NCBI GenBank assembly: GCA_934162425.1
Contig: CAKPIS010000007.1
Coordinates: 1,128 to 65,127 of the forward strand
Length of the DNA stretch: 64,000 bases
Origin: an uncultured Bacilli bacterium
GTDB lineage: Bacteria > Bacillota_I > Bacilli_A > RF39 > UBA660
Reading direction: 5' to 3'
The translations under genes were made by a program, and so were the position numbers. The notes beneath the pieces are model-generated. The model was not told where the DNA came from. It made no database searches and saw only the letters and a list, made by a program, of their open reading frames with translations. Every line of letters begins with the position of its first letter. The first letter of the stretch is position 1. This document shows, piece by piece, positions 50,837 through 59,372 of this stretch.

Positions 50837-52183
50837 TTAAGATATCTTATAAAATATCTCTATATCATTATCAGTTACCACAACTTTATCAATAATGTGC
50901 ATAATTATTATCCTTTTTTCTTCAAATGTCATTTTATTCCAAGTGTTTTGAAGATTTCTTAACATTTTTAATGAAACTCTATTTTGTTCTTCATTATTTT
51001 TTGAAATATCAATTATCTCTAATATTGACTTTCTTTCTTGCTCTAATTCTTCAATTTTCTTTTTAATGTCATCAACTGCAATACCATCTGAAATAAAATT
51101 AATCAAGTTGCCTATTTGTAAGTTTATCTTTGCAAATCTTTTTTCATATTCACTGATAACATCCACTTGTGTAATTTCGTATTTTTCTCTAAACAAATCT
51201 TCATCAAGTGCCATTGAAAATAAGTTTTCTAATACCACATCTTCAATTTCAAAGGAATCCCATCTTTTATTTTTGCAATTTGGATCTTTAATAAATTTGG
51301 GTTTACTTTTTTGTTGGGAGTAGCAGTAGCAAATCAATCTTTTTCCCCATTTTTGATATCTATACTTTGCACCACAGTGTCCACAAAATATTTTTCCTGA
51401 TAACAAATAATGACTTTCTGTTCTTGCTTTGCTTCGTAGTTTATTAGTTTCCATTATTTTCTTATGTAATTCTTCTGATATTACCGCTTCATGCTTTCCT
51501 TCGAATTCTTGATTCTTATATGGTACAATACCTAGCGTTCTTCTTGATAGTATTCTTTTTTCAACCATACTTTCATCCATACCAACTATATTACTAATTT
51601 TAACAAAACTATAACCATTTAAATAAAGATTTATCATTTTATGTAATAATTCTACTTGTTCTGGTACAGGAATTAAAGTTCCTGTATTTTTATCATAGGT
51701 ATAAGGGAATGGATTTTTCCCTCCACCTTTCCAATATCCATTTTCAGCTCTTTTTTTTATACCAATTTTCGTTCTTTCAAGTATCGTTTCTCTTTCAAGT
51801 TGTGCGAATATTGATAAAACACCGACCATAGCTTTACCAAATGGAGTTGTAGTATCAAAATTTTCTCTCACAGAAACAAAGCCCACATTATATTTATTAA
51901 ACACCTCTTCAATTAAATATAAAGTATCTTTTTGACTTCTTGATATTCTATCTAGTTTAAATACAATTACACAATCAATTTTATGAACTTTAACATCTTT
52001 TATGAGTCTTTGAATGGCTGGTCGTTCCAAGTCTTTACCACTATAACCACCATCAACATAATATTCATACTCGGTAAATTCTTTAGCTTTAGCATAGTTT
52101 AATAAAAATTCTTTTTGTGCATCAATTGAATAACCTTCTAATTGAATATCAGTTGAAACTCTAGCATATAATCCTGCTTTTAT
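50837..52183 (-). CDS. large serine recombinase (element 2), SpoIVCA/SprA-like; non-canonical or lost start codon
   Basis: The track ORF starts at TTG 52030, but the frame is open to 52198 and encodes (I)KAGLYARVSTDIQLEGYSIDAQ... (catalytic Ser). AAGGAGG at 52198-52192 is followed 8 nt later by ATA (52183). No ATG/GTG/TTG lies in between. Confidence 0.8.
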   Translation of the reverse strand: MKAGLYARVSTDIQLEGYSIDAQKEFLLNYAKAKEFTEYEYYVDGGYSGKDLERPAIQRLIKDVKVHKIDCVIVFKLDRISRSQKDTLYLIEEVFNKYNVGFVSVRENFDTTTPFGKAMVGVLSIFAQLERETILERTKIGIKKRAENGYWKGGGKNPFPYTYDKNTGTLIPVPEQVELLHKMINLYLNGYSFVKISNIVGMDESMVEKRILSRRTLGIVPYKNQEFEGKHEAVISEELHKKIMETNKLRSKARTESHYLLSGKIFCGHCGAKYRYQKWGKRLICYCYSQQKSKPKFIKDPNCKNKRWDSFEIEDVVLENLFSMALDEDLFREKYEITQVDVISEYEKRFAKINLQIGNLINFISDGIAVDDIKKKIEELEQERKSILEIIDISKNNEEQNRVSLKMLRNLQNTWNKMTFEEKRIIIMHIIDKVVVTDNDIEIFYKIS

Positions 52184-52677
52184 AACAATTACCTCCTTCT
52201 AACTATAAAAGCAGTCATATACTATATTAGATTGCTCTTACAGTATAACATACATTTCACAATTTATGTCTTAAATCAAAAAAATAAGGAAAAGTTCTGG
52301 TAAACTCTCCCTTAAGTATAACTACTTTTACTGTGAATATTTTTTAATTAGTTCATATATCAATGGTATCTTTATTACTATGTCTTTTGGGTTTATGATT
52401 TTACCATTTGAATCATAATTTGTTACTTTATTAGCCACTAATATAGTCGCCCCTAATTAAGTTTATTTTTATTTCATATAAATTATTCAGTCATAATTTC
52501 TCTTATATCAAATCACTCGTTATATACCAATATTTTCAATAGCATAATCAACGATATATTAGTATAATTTCCTATAAACTATTCTAAACCATCCATATCA
52601 TAATTATAGTTATTAAATATCAATTGAGAAAATTCTACATTTTTTCTTAACAATTAAAATTACCAAACAACATTTCC

Positions 52678-52714
52678 AAAAAAGTCTTGCTTTATTTAGC
52701 AAGACTTTAAAAAA
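52678..52714 (-). terminator. rho-independent terminator
   Basis: AAAGTCTTGCT-N6-AGCAAGACTTT with a U-run on the minus strand, just downstream of 52719. Confidence 0.55.
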
Positions 52715-52718
52715 CTAA

Positions 52719-53090
52719 TTAATCTTTTAAAATAACTATTTTTTTAACATTAGATAATTTAGCTGGTTCACTTGGTAATATCACATCGGATGAAGTAATA
52801 GTTACTTTTTGCTTTGCTTTTAATTTATCTGCAGCAGAATCTTCATTGTTATAAACTATTTTTGTATCTTTATTTATTTCAAATTCATACTCTATAGTAT
52901 ATTCTTTTTTCTTTTTGTCATATTCTTCCACTAAAACAGTATATACATTATTATTTACTGTTACTTCTTTAATTCTTGCTTCAAAAACCAATTCTTTTTC
53001 TTTTGAAACATAATTTGTATATATGAAGTATCCTAATCCTACAAGGACAACTACTGCTATAATTATTTTTACTAGTAAATCTTTTTTCAT
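52719..53090 (-). CDS. hypothetical membrane-anchored small protein
   Basis: 123 aa, N-terminal TM/signal anchor. Confidence 0.5.
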   Translation of the reverse strand: MKKDLLVKIIIAVVVLVGLGYFIYTNYVSKEKELVFEARIKEVTVNNNVYTVLVEEYDKKKKEYTIEYEFEINKDTKIVYNNEDSAADKLKAKQKVTITSSDVILPSEPAKLSNVKKIVILKD

Positions 53091-53130
53091 TTCTTCCCTC
53101 CTTTCCTAAATTAATTTATTTAAACTTATA

Positions 53131-54465
53131 TTATAAGAATCTATCCCAATAATATCTTCCTGTATTAGATAATGTTTTAAAATGCTCTTTAATTTGTGAA
53201 CTAATTAATTTTGCTTTTTTATTTATTGGAGTACCATCATTGTAACAAGATCTCTTTGTTGTTCTAGTCATCATATCAGAAAATAAAACAGCTCTATCTT
53301 CTAAATAACTTTGTCTTGAATAATACGATAAAAAATAAGCATTATTTGGATTGGAAAAATTATAATCATAAGTACTATCATTAGAACCATAACTAAATCC
53401 TTCAGGATTATATGATTTCATTATTTCTTCTAAGTTTAATGTTGAATTTTTTTGTCGCATATAAATATCAATATAGTGCATTAACTCATGGTGCAAAGTA
53501 CTTTCAAATAAACTAGTACCATTGGTTCCAATAGTTACTGTTATATTACTTTGATTTCTACCATCTGTCATACCTGAATAATTTCCATCTATTTTGTTAA
53601 CCATGTATATTCTAAGAGAAATATTATTATCCTTCATTTCTTTAAAAAAACCGTTTGGATATTTTTTTAATGTTTTCTCTACTTCTTTTAAATATTTATC
53701 TATCTCATTATCATCATTTAGTTTTTCAGTTTTTATAGAGCCACCGATTAAATAATCACCATTCTCATCTTTATATATGATTTTAACTGAATACTTATTT
53801 TCTAATGTTTTTCTATATTCATTATTTTTTTCTGCTTGAGTTTTTTCTACAACTGGTGGCTTTTCATCGGGTAAAATAGTATTTGTGTTATTGTTATTGT
53901 TTGTATTTTGATTAGGTTTATTAGTATTAGTACTACTATTGTTATTATCTGTATTAGTGTTTGTTTTAGATTTTTCAGTTTTAGTATTAGTTTTTTTATT
54001 TTCCATTTTTTCCCAAACAGCATAAAGGGTAGTATCTTCTGCAAGTAATACTTTGTTATAAATTGGAGTTTCATTTTTATCAACCCAGCCTTTAAAAACA
54101 TAGCCATCTCGTACAGGTTCTTTTGGAAGTGTAAGTTCAATATCTTTATTTATAGTAATACTATCTATTATGCTTCCACCTTTAGTATCAAATGTAATTG
54201 TTATTGCTTCTTTTATATCTTTTTCAATGTCATTCATAGGGCAAGCATATTTAGTCGTTTTTAAAACTGTTTTAGTTTTACCATCAGAACATTTATAAGT
54301 ATTTGTAAAAATCCCTTTATCTATGTAAACAGTAGAACCACCATCATAATAATCTCTAATTTTAATTATTTGACTATTATTAAATGAAAGAGCGATTATA
54401 AAATCTAAAAATATTAAACTTATTATAGAACATAGTGTGATTATTATTATTTTTTTCTTCTTCAT
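53131..54465 (-). CDS. secreted/anchored protein with a Listeria-Bacteroides (Flg_new) repeat and a putative HExxH metallopeptidase domain
   Basis: 444 aa; signal anchor; GYVFKGWVDKNETPIYNKVLLAEDTTLYAVWEK repeat; Asn/Thr-rich linker; STLHHELMHYID motif. Confidence 0.55.
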   Translation of the reverse strand: MKKKKIIIITLCSIISLIFLDFIIALSFNNSQIIKIRDYYDGGSTVYIDKGIFTNTYKCSDGKTKTVLKTTKYACPMNDIEKDIKEAITITFDTKGGSIIDSITINKDIELTLPKEPVRDGYVFKGWVDKNETPIYNKVLLAEDTTLYAVWEKMENKKTNTKTEKSKTNTNTDNNNSSTNTNKPNQNTNNNNNTNTILPDEKPPVVEKTQAEKNNEYRKTLENKYSVKIIYKDENGDYLIGGSIKTEKLNDDNEIDKYLKEVEKTLKKYPNGFFKEMKDNNISLRIYMVNKIDGNYSGMTDGRNQSNITVTIGTNGTSLFESTLHHELMHYIDIYMRQKNSTLNLEEIMKSYNPEGFSYGSNDSTYDYNFSNPNNAYFLSYYSRQSYLEDRAVLFSDMMTRTTKRSCYNDGTPINKKAKLISSQIKEHFKTLSNTGRYYWDRFL

Positions 54466-54636
54466 TATACCTCCTCACAAATAATAAACGAAAAGTGATT
54501 TACTTCTGTATATTAATTATATCATGAATTTCCCGATTTCAAAAAAGTTTTTAATTTGGTTGCTTTTTAGGTATCAATAATTTAAAAGAAAAAGACCAAT
54601 ATAAAATTGATCTTATCTATAAAACATATTATTAAA

Positions 54637-55197
54637 TTAACATTTTCCACCGTTATCTTTAAAATATGATTCAATATATTTTACTAATATTTTAGCTTTG
54701 TTAAACTGTTTATCTTTAACAATTTTTATAATATAATCACTACCACTTGCATCAATAATATTATCATCTTTATCATATTCTATTAGATAAGTATACTTTT
54801 CACCATTAAGTTGACAATTAAGAAGAACAGTTTGATTTTCTTTTATAGTCATAGAATTTTTTTTAGCACCAAACATAATATTTATGAAAATAGTAATAGC
54901 AAAACCAACAATAAAAATTATTCCCAAGACTTTTAGTATCTTAATTATTATCTCTGTATTTTTTTCGTTATTATTTACTTTTTCTACTAATACTTGTTTA
55001 ATGTCATTATTTAATAATTCATCAATACTTACTTTTAATGCTTTAGATAATAATTTTAACTGCTCTGGATTTGGTGAAGTTTCACCAAGCTCCCAATTTG
55101 ATATTGTTTGTCTAGTAACATCAACTTTTTCTGCTAATTGTTCTTGTGAAAGTTTACAATCTTTTCTTAATTTTAAAATGTTATCTCCTAATTTCAT
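54637..55197 (-). CDS. XRE-family HTH protein with TM helix
   Basis: LRKDCKLSQEQLAEKVDVTRQTISNWELGETSP; TM VLGIIFIVGFAITIFINIMF. Confidence 0.7.
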   Translation of the reverse strand: MKLGDNILKLRKDCKLSQEQLAEKVDVTRQTISNWELGETSPNPEQLKLLSKALKVSIDELLNNDIKQVLVEKVNNNEKNTEIIIKILKVLGIIFIVGFAITIFINIMFGAKKNSMTIKENQTVLLNCQLNGEKYTYLIEYDKDDNIIDASGSDYIIKIVKDKQFNKAKILVKYIESYFKDNGGKC

Positions 55198-55304
55198 TCT
55201 ATCTCTCCTTTCACTTACAATTATATATGAGTTGATATTTGCAATCTACCAAATGTCTTTGGAAGTTTGTCAAAGACTTTTAACAATTATAATACAAATA
55301 ACTA

Positions 55305-55685
55305 TTATTCTACATCACAAGACCAAAGTCCATGCTTATTACAATATGCATATAATTTTGATCCTTTTATATATTTGAATTTACATTCTGCACTTTGTTC
55401 TGGTGATAATTTAACTTTGCAAATATCTTTTTCATTAACTAGTGCAATCCATTCAATAAAATGTTCTTTTTCCATAACATGATTAACTTTAACAAGTATT
55501 TTATCATCACTATGTTCAAAAGTTGGAATATGTTTTTCAAACGATGCATCAACACTATTTGAAATTAACTTTATCATAGGTTCACAACAACAAGTTATTT
55601 CACAGTCGCCACAGTTACAATCATTAATTACCTCAACTATCGTTCCACACTTTAAACACTTTTTTATTATTAACTCACTCATCAT
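55305..55685 (-). CDS. desulfoferrodoxin (class I superoxide reductase)-like protein
   Basis: 126 aa; N-terminal CLKCG...CCCEPM desulforedoxin-like site; EKHIP, HVMEKEHFIEWI, YCNKHGLW match the Dfx centre II pattern. Confidence 0.75.
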   Translation of the reverse strand: MMSELIIKKCLKCGTIVEVINDCNCGDCEITCCCEPMIKLISNSVDASFEKHIPTFEHSDDKILVKVNHVMEKEHFIEWIALVNEKDICKVKLSPEQSAECKFKYIKGSKLYAYCNKHGLWSCDVE

Positions 55686-55835
55686 TTGTTTCCTCCTTTA
55701 TAACAATAGACTATCTTTAATAAATTTCTTCCATAACAGTATGAACAACATATTTCTGCCATAATTTTTTCTCTCAATTGCAATAAATATAAGTATATAA
55801 ACTGCTTCTAATTTTTTCCCCATACCTGCTATAAC

Positions 55836-56021
55836 GGTGTAATAATGGGAGAATTATTAGTATCTAAACAAGGCTTAGGTTACTTAATAAACTATGGTTC
55901 CCAAGTATTTAATATAAACTTAGTAATGTCAGGAATAATACTACTTGCACTTCTAACTAGTATTTTATACTTCGTAATATTATTTATAGAAAAAGCATTA
56001 AAAAATAACAAATCAATTTAA
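55836..56021 (+). pseudogene. ABC transporter permease, 3' fragment
   Basis: Own reading: GVIMGELLVSKQGLGYLINYGSQVFNINLVMSGIILLALLTSILYFVILFIEKALKNNKSI*, typical C-terminus of NitT/TauT permeases. Confidence 0.75.
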
Positions 56022-56029
56022 TATAATTA

Positions 56030-56078
56030 AAGAATACATGATAATTTCTTTACATAGTAATTATCGTATTCTTTTTTT
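56030..56078 (+). terminator. long hairpin terminator between convergent genes
   Basis: AAGAATAC..GATAATT-loop-AATTATC GTATTCTT followed by T6. Confidence 0.55.
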
Positions 56079-56105
56079 ATTTAATTTAAAAAATAAATTT
56101 ATTTA

Positions 56106-56879
56106 TTAATAACTTTTAGCACTACTACTTAAGTATCTTTTTCTATCCCATAACTTACTAGGAAGCAAAGTAACATATATAGTAGCTGTATCCCCATTAA
56201 TTACTACATCATCTACTTTAGATAAACTATCTTTGTTAATAAGATATTCTGCCTGACTAGTAGAATACGTTAAATCATCATCTAAAAGAAGTGCACCAGA
56301 TGAATAATTACCATCTATCTTATATACTATCTCAACGTTGTAATTAATACCCCTTTCATTTTCTTTATTAAAAAAATGACTACCATTAATAATAGAAGTA
56401 CTAGTAAAAGCTTCTTCATAAATAAATTTATTTTTTAAATTAACTAAATCTTCTATATTATTTATACCATAGTCTTTAAAATAAGATAATGTAACACCTC
56501 TATAAGTATTAAAACATAAATCTATAGGTGGAAACGTATCAATTAACTTTTCTATTTTCTTACCCTTTTCTAAATAATCTCTTTTAATATTATCATCTAA
56601 TTTACCATTTTCATAATAATTCCATTTATGTCTTAATATAGCATTAATATTTCTAAAATTATACCCTGTATAACTTCTTATACTCTCTAAATCATTAAAT
56701 GTTAATCCATTTTTAAAATCTTCTATCTTTTCATTAAATACCCTATATAATGTATCTCTATCATTAAAACTAACTGGTCTTACACCATCTATATAATTTA
56801 AATAATTATAAGAATCATCTTTTTCAGCATCACTCATATATCTTAATATTAATTCTACTGTTTTATTTTTATCTTGCAT
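56106..56879 (-). CDS. ADP-ribosyltransferase, C3/exoenzyme-like (R-S-E class), no signal peptide
   Basis: 257 aa; YTGYNFRNINAILR, TYRGV (Arg), FTSTS (STS), SQAEYLI (QxE). Confidence 0.7.
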   Translation of the reverse strand: MQDKNKTVELILRYMSDAEKDDSYNYLNYIDGVRPVSFNDRDTLYRVFNEKIEDFKNGLTFNDLESIRSYTGYNFRNINAILRHKWNYYENGKLDDNIKRDYLEKGKKIEKLIDTFPPIDLCFNTYRGVTLSYFKDYGINNIEDLVNLKNKFIYEEAFTSTSIINGSHFFNKENERGINYNVEIVYKIDGNYSSGALLLDDDLTYSTSQAEYLINKDSLSKVDDVVINGDTATIYVTLLPSKLWDRKRYLSSSAKSY

Positions 56880-56893
56880 ATGTTTTTATTCCT

Positions 56894-57298
56894 TTATTTT
56901 ATACATTCACTATGTTTACAACTATGGCAATCAGTAACAATTTCTTCTCCTATATTTGAATAGTTAAAAATAATCTTACCACTACTATCTTTTTTAACTT
57001 CAATTTCCTTATTTCTTGTACTAGAACACTGATCATCATTTAAACTTAATAACCCATCATTTTCCAATTCATTTAAAGTAAAAGTAAAAGGCGTGCCAAC
57101 TACTATCTTATCAGCATAATACTTTGCAGCATATAATTTAGATGCATTTTCTATTTTTTTATCAAGTACTGTTTGTTCTTGCTTTTCACTTTCCTTAACC
57201 TGTTTTGATATATTAGGTATAGCTGCTAAAGCAATTAACCCCAATATAACTATAATTGCAAGTAATTCAATTAATGTAAAACCTTTATTCTTTCTCAT
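56894..57298 (-). CDS. type IV pilin/pseudopilin-like protein (prepilin N-terminal cleavage/methylation motif)
   Basis: MRKNKG|FTLIELLAIIVILGLIALAAIP: G-F-T-L-I-E with Glu at +5; Cys-rich C-terminus; start overlaps the tsaD stop by 14 nt. Confidence 0.7.
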   Translation of the reverse strand: MRKNKGFTLIELLAIIVILGLIALAAIPNISKQVKESEKQEQTVLDKKIENASKLYAAKYYADKIVVGTPFTFTLNELENDGLLSLNDDQCSSTRNKEIEVKKDSSGKIIFNYSNIGEEIVTDCHSCKHSECIK

Positions 57299-58325
57299 TA
57301 AAATCCTCCTTATCTATTAAATCAAGTCCTGGATTAGGATTAAGTGAAAAATCAGCTCTATACCCTCTTATATAAGCATAATATCCTGCAGCTCCAATCA
57401 TAGCAGCATTATCAGTACAATACTTTATTTCAGGTTTAAGAAGCTCAACATTTAACTTTTTGCATTCCTTTTCTAAAGCACTTCTAAGACCAATATTAGC
57501 AGAAACACCTCCAGCTATTAATAATTGTTTAACTCCATATTCTTTTATAGCTCTAACTGTTTTTTTAACTAATATATTGATAACAGTCTCTTGAAAGGAG
57601 GTAGCTAAATCTTCTTTATTTATTTCGTTTCCTCTTTGTTTTTCATTATGAACTAAATTAATTACAGCACTTTTTATTCCACTAAAACTAAAATCATATG
57701 TATCATCATCTTTCGGTGTTGGCAAATCATAAGAATGAGTTCCCTTTTGTGCCATCTTATCCATTAAAGGTCCTCCAGGATAAGGTATTCCAACTACTCT
57801 AGCTACCTTATCATAAGCTTCCCCAATAGAGTCATCTAACGTACTACCTATTTTTTTAAATGAATATTCTTTATCCATATAAACTATTTCAGTATGTCCA
57901 CCAGACACTACTAAACATAATAAAGGAAATTTAAATTTACCAACAAATTTATTTGCATATATATGTCCCTTCATATGATTAACTGGTACCAATGGTTTAT
58001 TAGTAGCTAGACTAAGAGCTTTAGCAGCTTCAATACCAACTAAAAGTGAACCATTAAGTCCTGGACCATAAGTTACTGCTATAGCATCTATATCATTAAA
58101 TGTCATGTTAGCTTTTCTTAAACACTCTTCAAATACAACTGTAATCATGTCAGTATGATTACGACTTGCTATTTCAGGTACTACACCACCATAATTTTTA
58201 TGTATATCAATTTGTGATAAAACAACTGTTGCTATTTCAGTGTTACCATTTTTTATTATACTGCAACTAGTTTCATCGCAGCTAGTTTCAATAGCAAAAA
58301 TATATATATCTTTCAAGTTTCTCAC
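57285..58325 (-). CDS. tsaD: tRNA N6-adenosine threonylcarbamoyltransferase TsaD
   Basis: 346 aa; ETSCDETS, H..GH metal site (VNHMKGH), GGVSAN. Confidence 0.9.
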   Translation of the reverse strand: MRNLKDIYIFAIETSCDETSCSIIKNGNTEIATVVLSQIDIHKNYGGVVPEIASRNHTDMITVVFEECLRKANMTFNDIDAIAVTYGPGLNGSLLVGIEAAKALSLATNKPLVPVNHMKGHIYANKFVGKFKFPLLCLVVSGGHTEIVYMDKEYSFKKIGSTLDDSIGEAYDKVARVVGIPYPGGPLMDKMAQKGTHSYDLPTPKDDDTYDFSFSGIKSAVINLVHNEKQRGNEINKEDLATSFQETVINILVKKTVRAIKEYGVKQLLIAGGVSANIGLRSALEKECKKLNVELLKPEIKYCTDNAAMIGAAGYYAYIRGYRADFSLNPNPGLDLIDKEDFNEKE

Positions 58326-58732
58326 CTCAAATCTTTTTTCATTAAATATCCATCATTTATGCCATAATATTTTTCTCTTACAGCTTCTATTTTAAAATCT
58401 AATTTCTTGTATAAGCAAATAGCAGCCGTATTATTACTATTAACTTCCAAAGTAATATTTTTACAATTATTTAAGCGTATATCTTCAATACAACTTAAAA
58501 GTAATTTATATCCATAACTTTTATTTCTGCATAAAGGATCTATTATAATATCAATTATTTCTGCTCTTTCATAAATAATACTATAAACTACATACCCAAT
58601 TATAACACTGTCTATTTGCATTACAAGACATCTAGAAAAAACATCTAAATCAAATACATAGTTTTCATGTAACAAATTACCTAAATAGTTTATTCTATCT
58701 ATGTCATTTGCATCAAAATTTTTAATTATCAT
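58322..58732 (-). CDS. rimI: ribosomal-protein-alanine N-acetyltransferase (RimI-like GNAT)
   Basis: GNAT pattern (..R.KSYGYKLL.., LEVNSNNTAAICLYKKLDF); position between tsaB and tsaD; start uncertain (58732 or 58753). Confidence 0.75.
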   Translation of the reverse strand: MIIKNFDANDIDRINYLGNLLHENYVFDLDVFSRCLVMQIDSVIIGYVVYSIIYERAEIIDIIIDPLCRNKSYGYKLLLSCIEDIRLNNCKNITLEVNSNNTAAICLYKKLDFKIEAVREKYYGINDGYLMKKDLR

Positions 58733-59372
58733 TTTTCTTCTTTTCAGCATCAATCTTTTTTAAATATAGTGGTTTTACTAAATGCGGATTGATACTTTCC
58801 TTTGATAGTGCATAATTAATAACATTAATATAGTCATAATCATCAATTATTTTTGGCTTAACATCATTAGACTTACTTAGTTTCTCTATAAGGTTATTTA
58901 AATATGTACTACTTTCCATGCTAACTATAGTAATACTTTTATTATGAATATTTAGTAAATCATCATCTATGGATAAATATTTTTCTTCTGTTTTATCACC
59001 ATATATACCAACATATGAAAAATCATTCTTATCTGGTATTACAGATATTATAATATCATCTTTTATTCCTACTTTTAAAGCTTCTAAATTATTTATAGTA
59101 TATATTTTTTTAGATAAAGTCCACGCAAGTGTTTTAGATACTGTAACACCTACTCTAACTCCAGTAAAACTACCTGGTCCATTTAATATAACGTAGTTAT
59201 CTATGTCTTCTGGTTTTAAATTAAATTTATTTAAAATTTTACTTATTTCGTTCATAAGAAAATTTGAATGCTTACTATATGAATTAACATTTGATACAAA
59301 AACAAGCTTATCTTCCTTAGCAAGCGCAACTGATAAGCTTTTTCTAGATGAATCTATAAATAAAGTTTTCAA
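58722..59372 (-). CDS. tsaB: tRNA threonylcarbamoyladenosine biosynthesis protein TsaB
   Basis: LFIDSS..., GPGSFTGVRVGV motif; start taken as the TTG immediately after the tsaE stop. Confidence 0.8.
   Translation of the reverse strand: MKTLFIDSSRKSLSVALAKEDKLVFVSNVNSYSKHSNFLMNEISKILNKFNLKPEDIDNYVILNGPGSFTGVRVGVTVSKTLAWTLSKKIYTINNLEALKVGIKDDIIISVIPDKNDFSYVGIYGDKTEEKYLSIDDDLLNIHNKSITIVSMESSTYLNNLIEKLSKSNDVKPKIIDDYDYINVINYALSKESINPHLVKPLYLKKIDAEKKKNDN

Larger units (their letters stand above)
50807..55844. mobile_element. integrated element 2 (5,032 bp) encoding a second large serine recombinase; coordinates include both GTAATA cores
   Basis: GTAATA at 50807-50812 and 55839-55844; the permease reading frame resumes exactly at the right core. 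Confidence 0.7.

Noticed and set aside
50813-55838. Terminal inverted repeats for element 2 (ATTTTTTCCCC near 55811-55822 versus GAAGAGAAAAAAT at 50815-50827)
   Set aside because: The match is about 10/12, almost pure A/T, and placed asymmetrically relative to the core. It is indistinguishable from chance in this composition, so it is not used as evidence.
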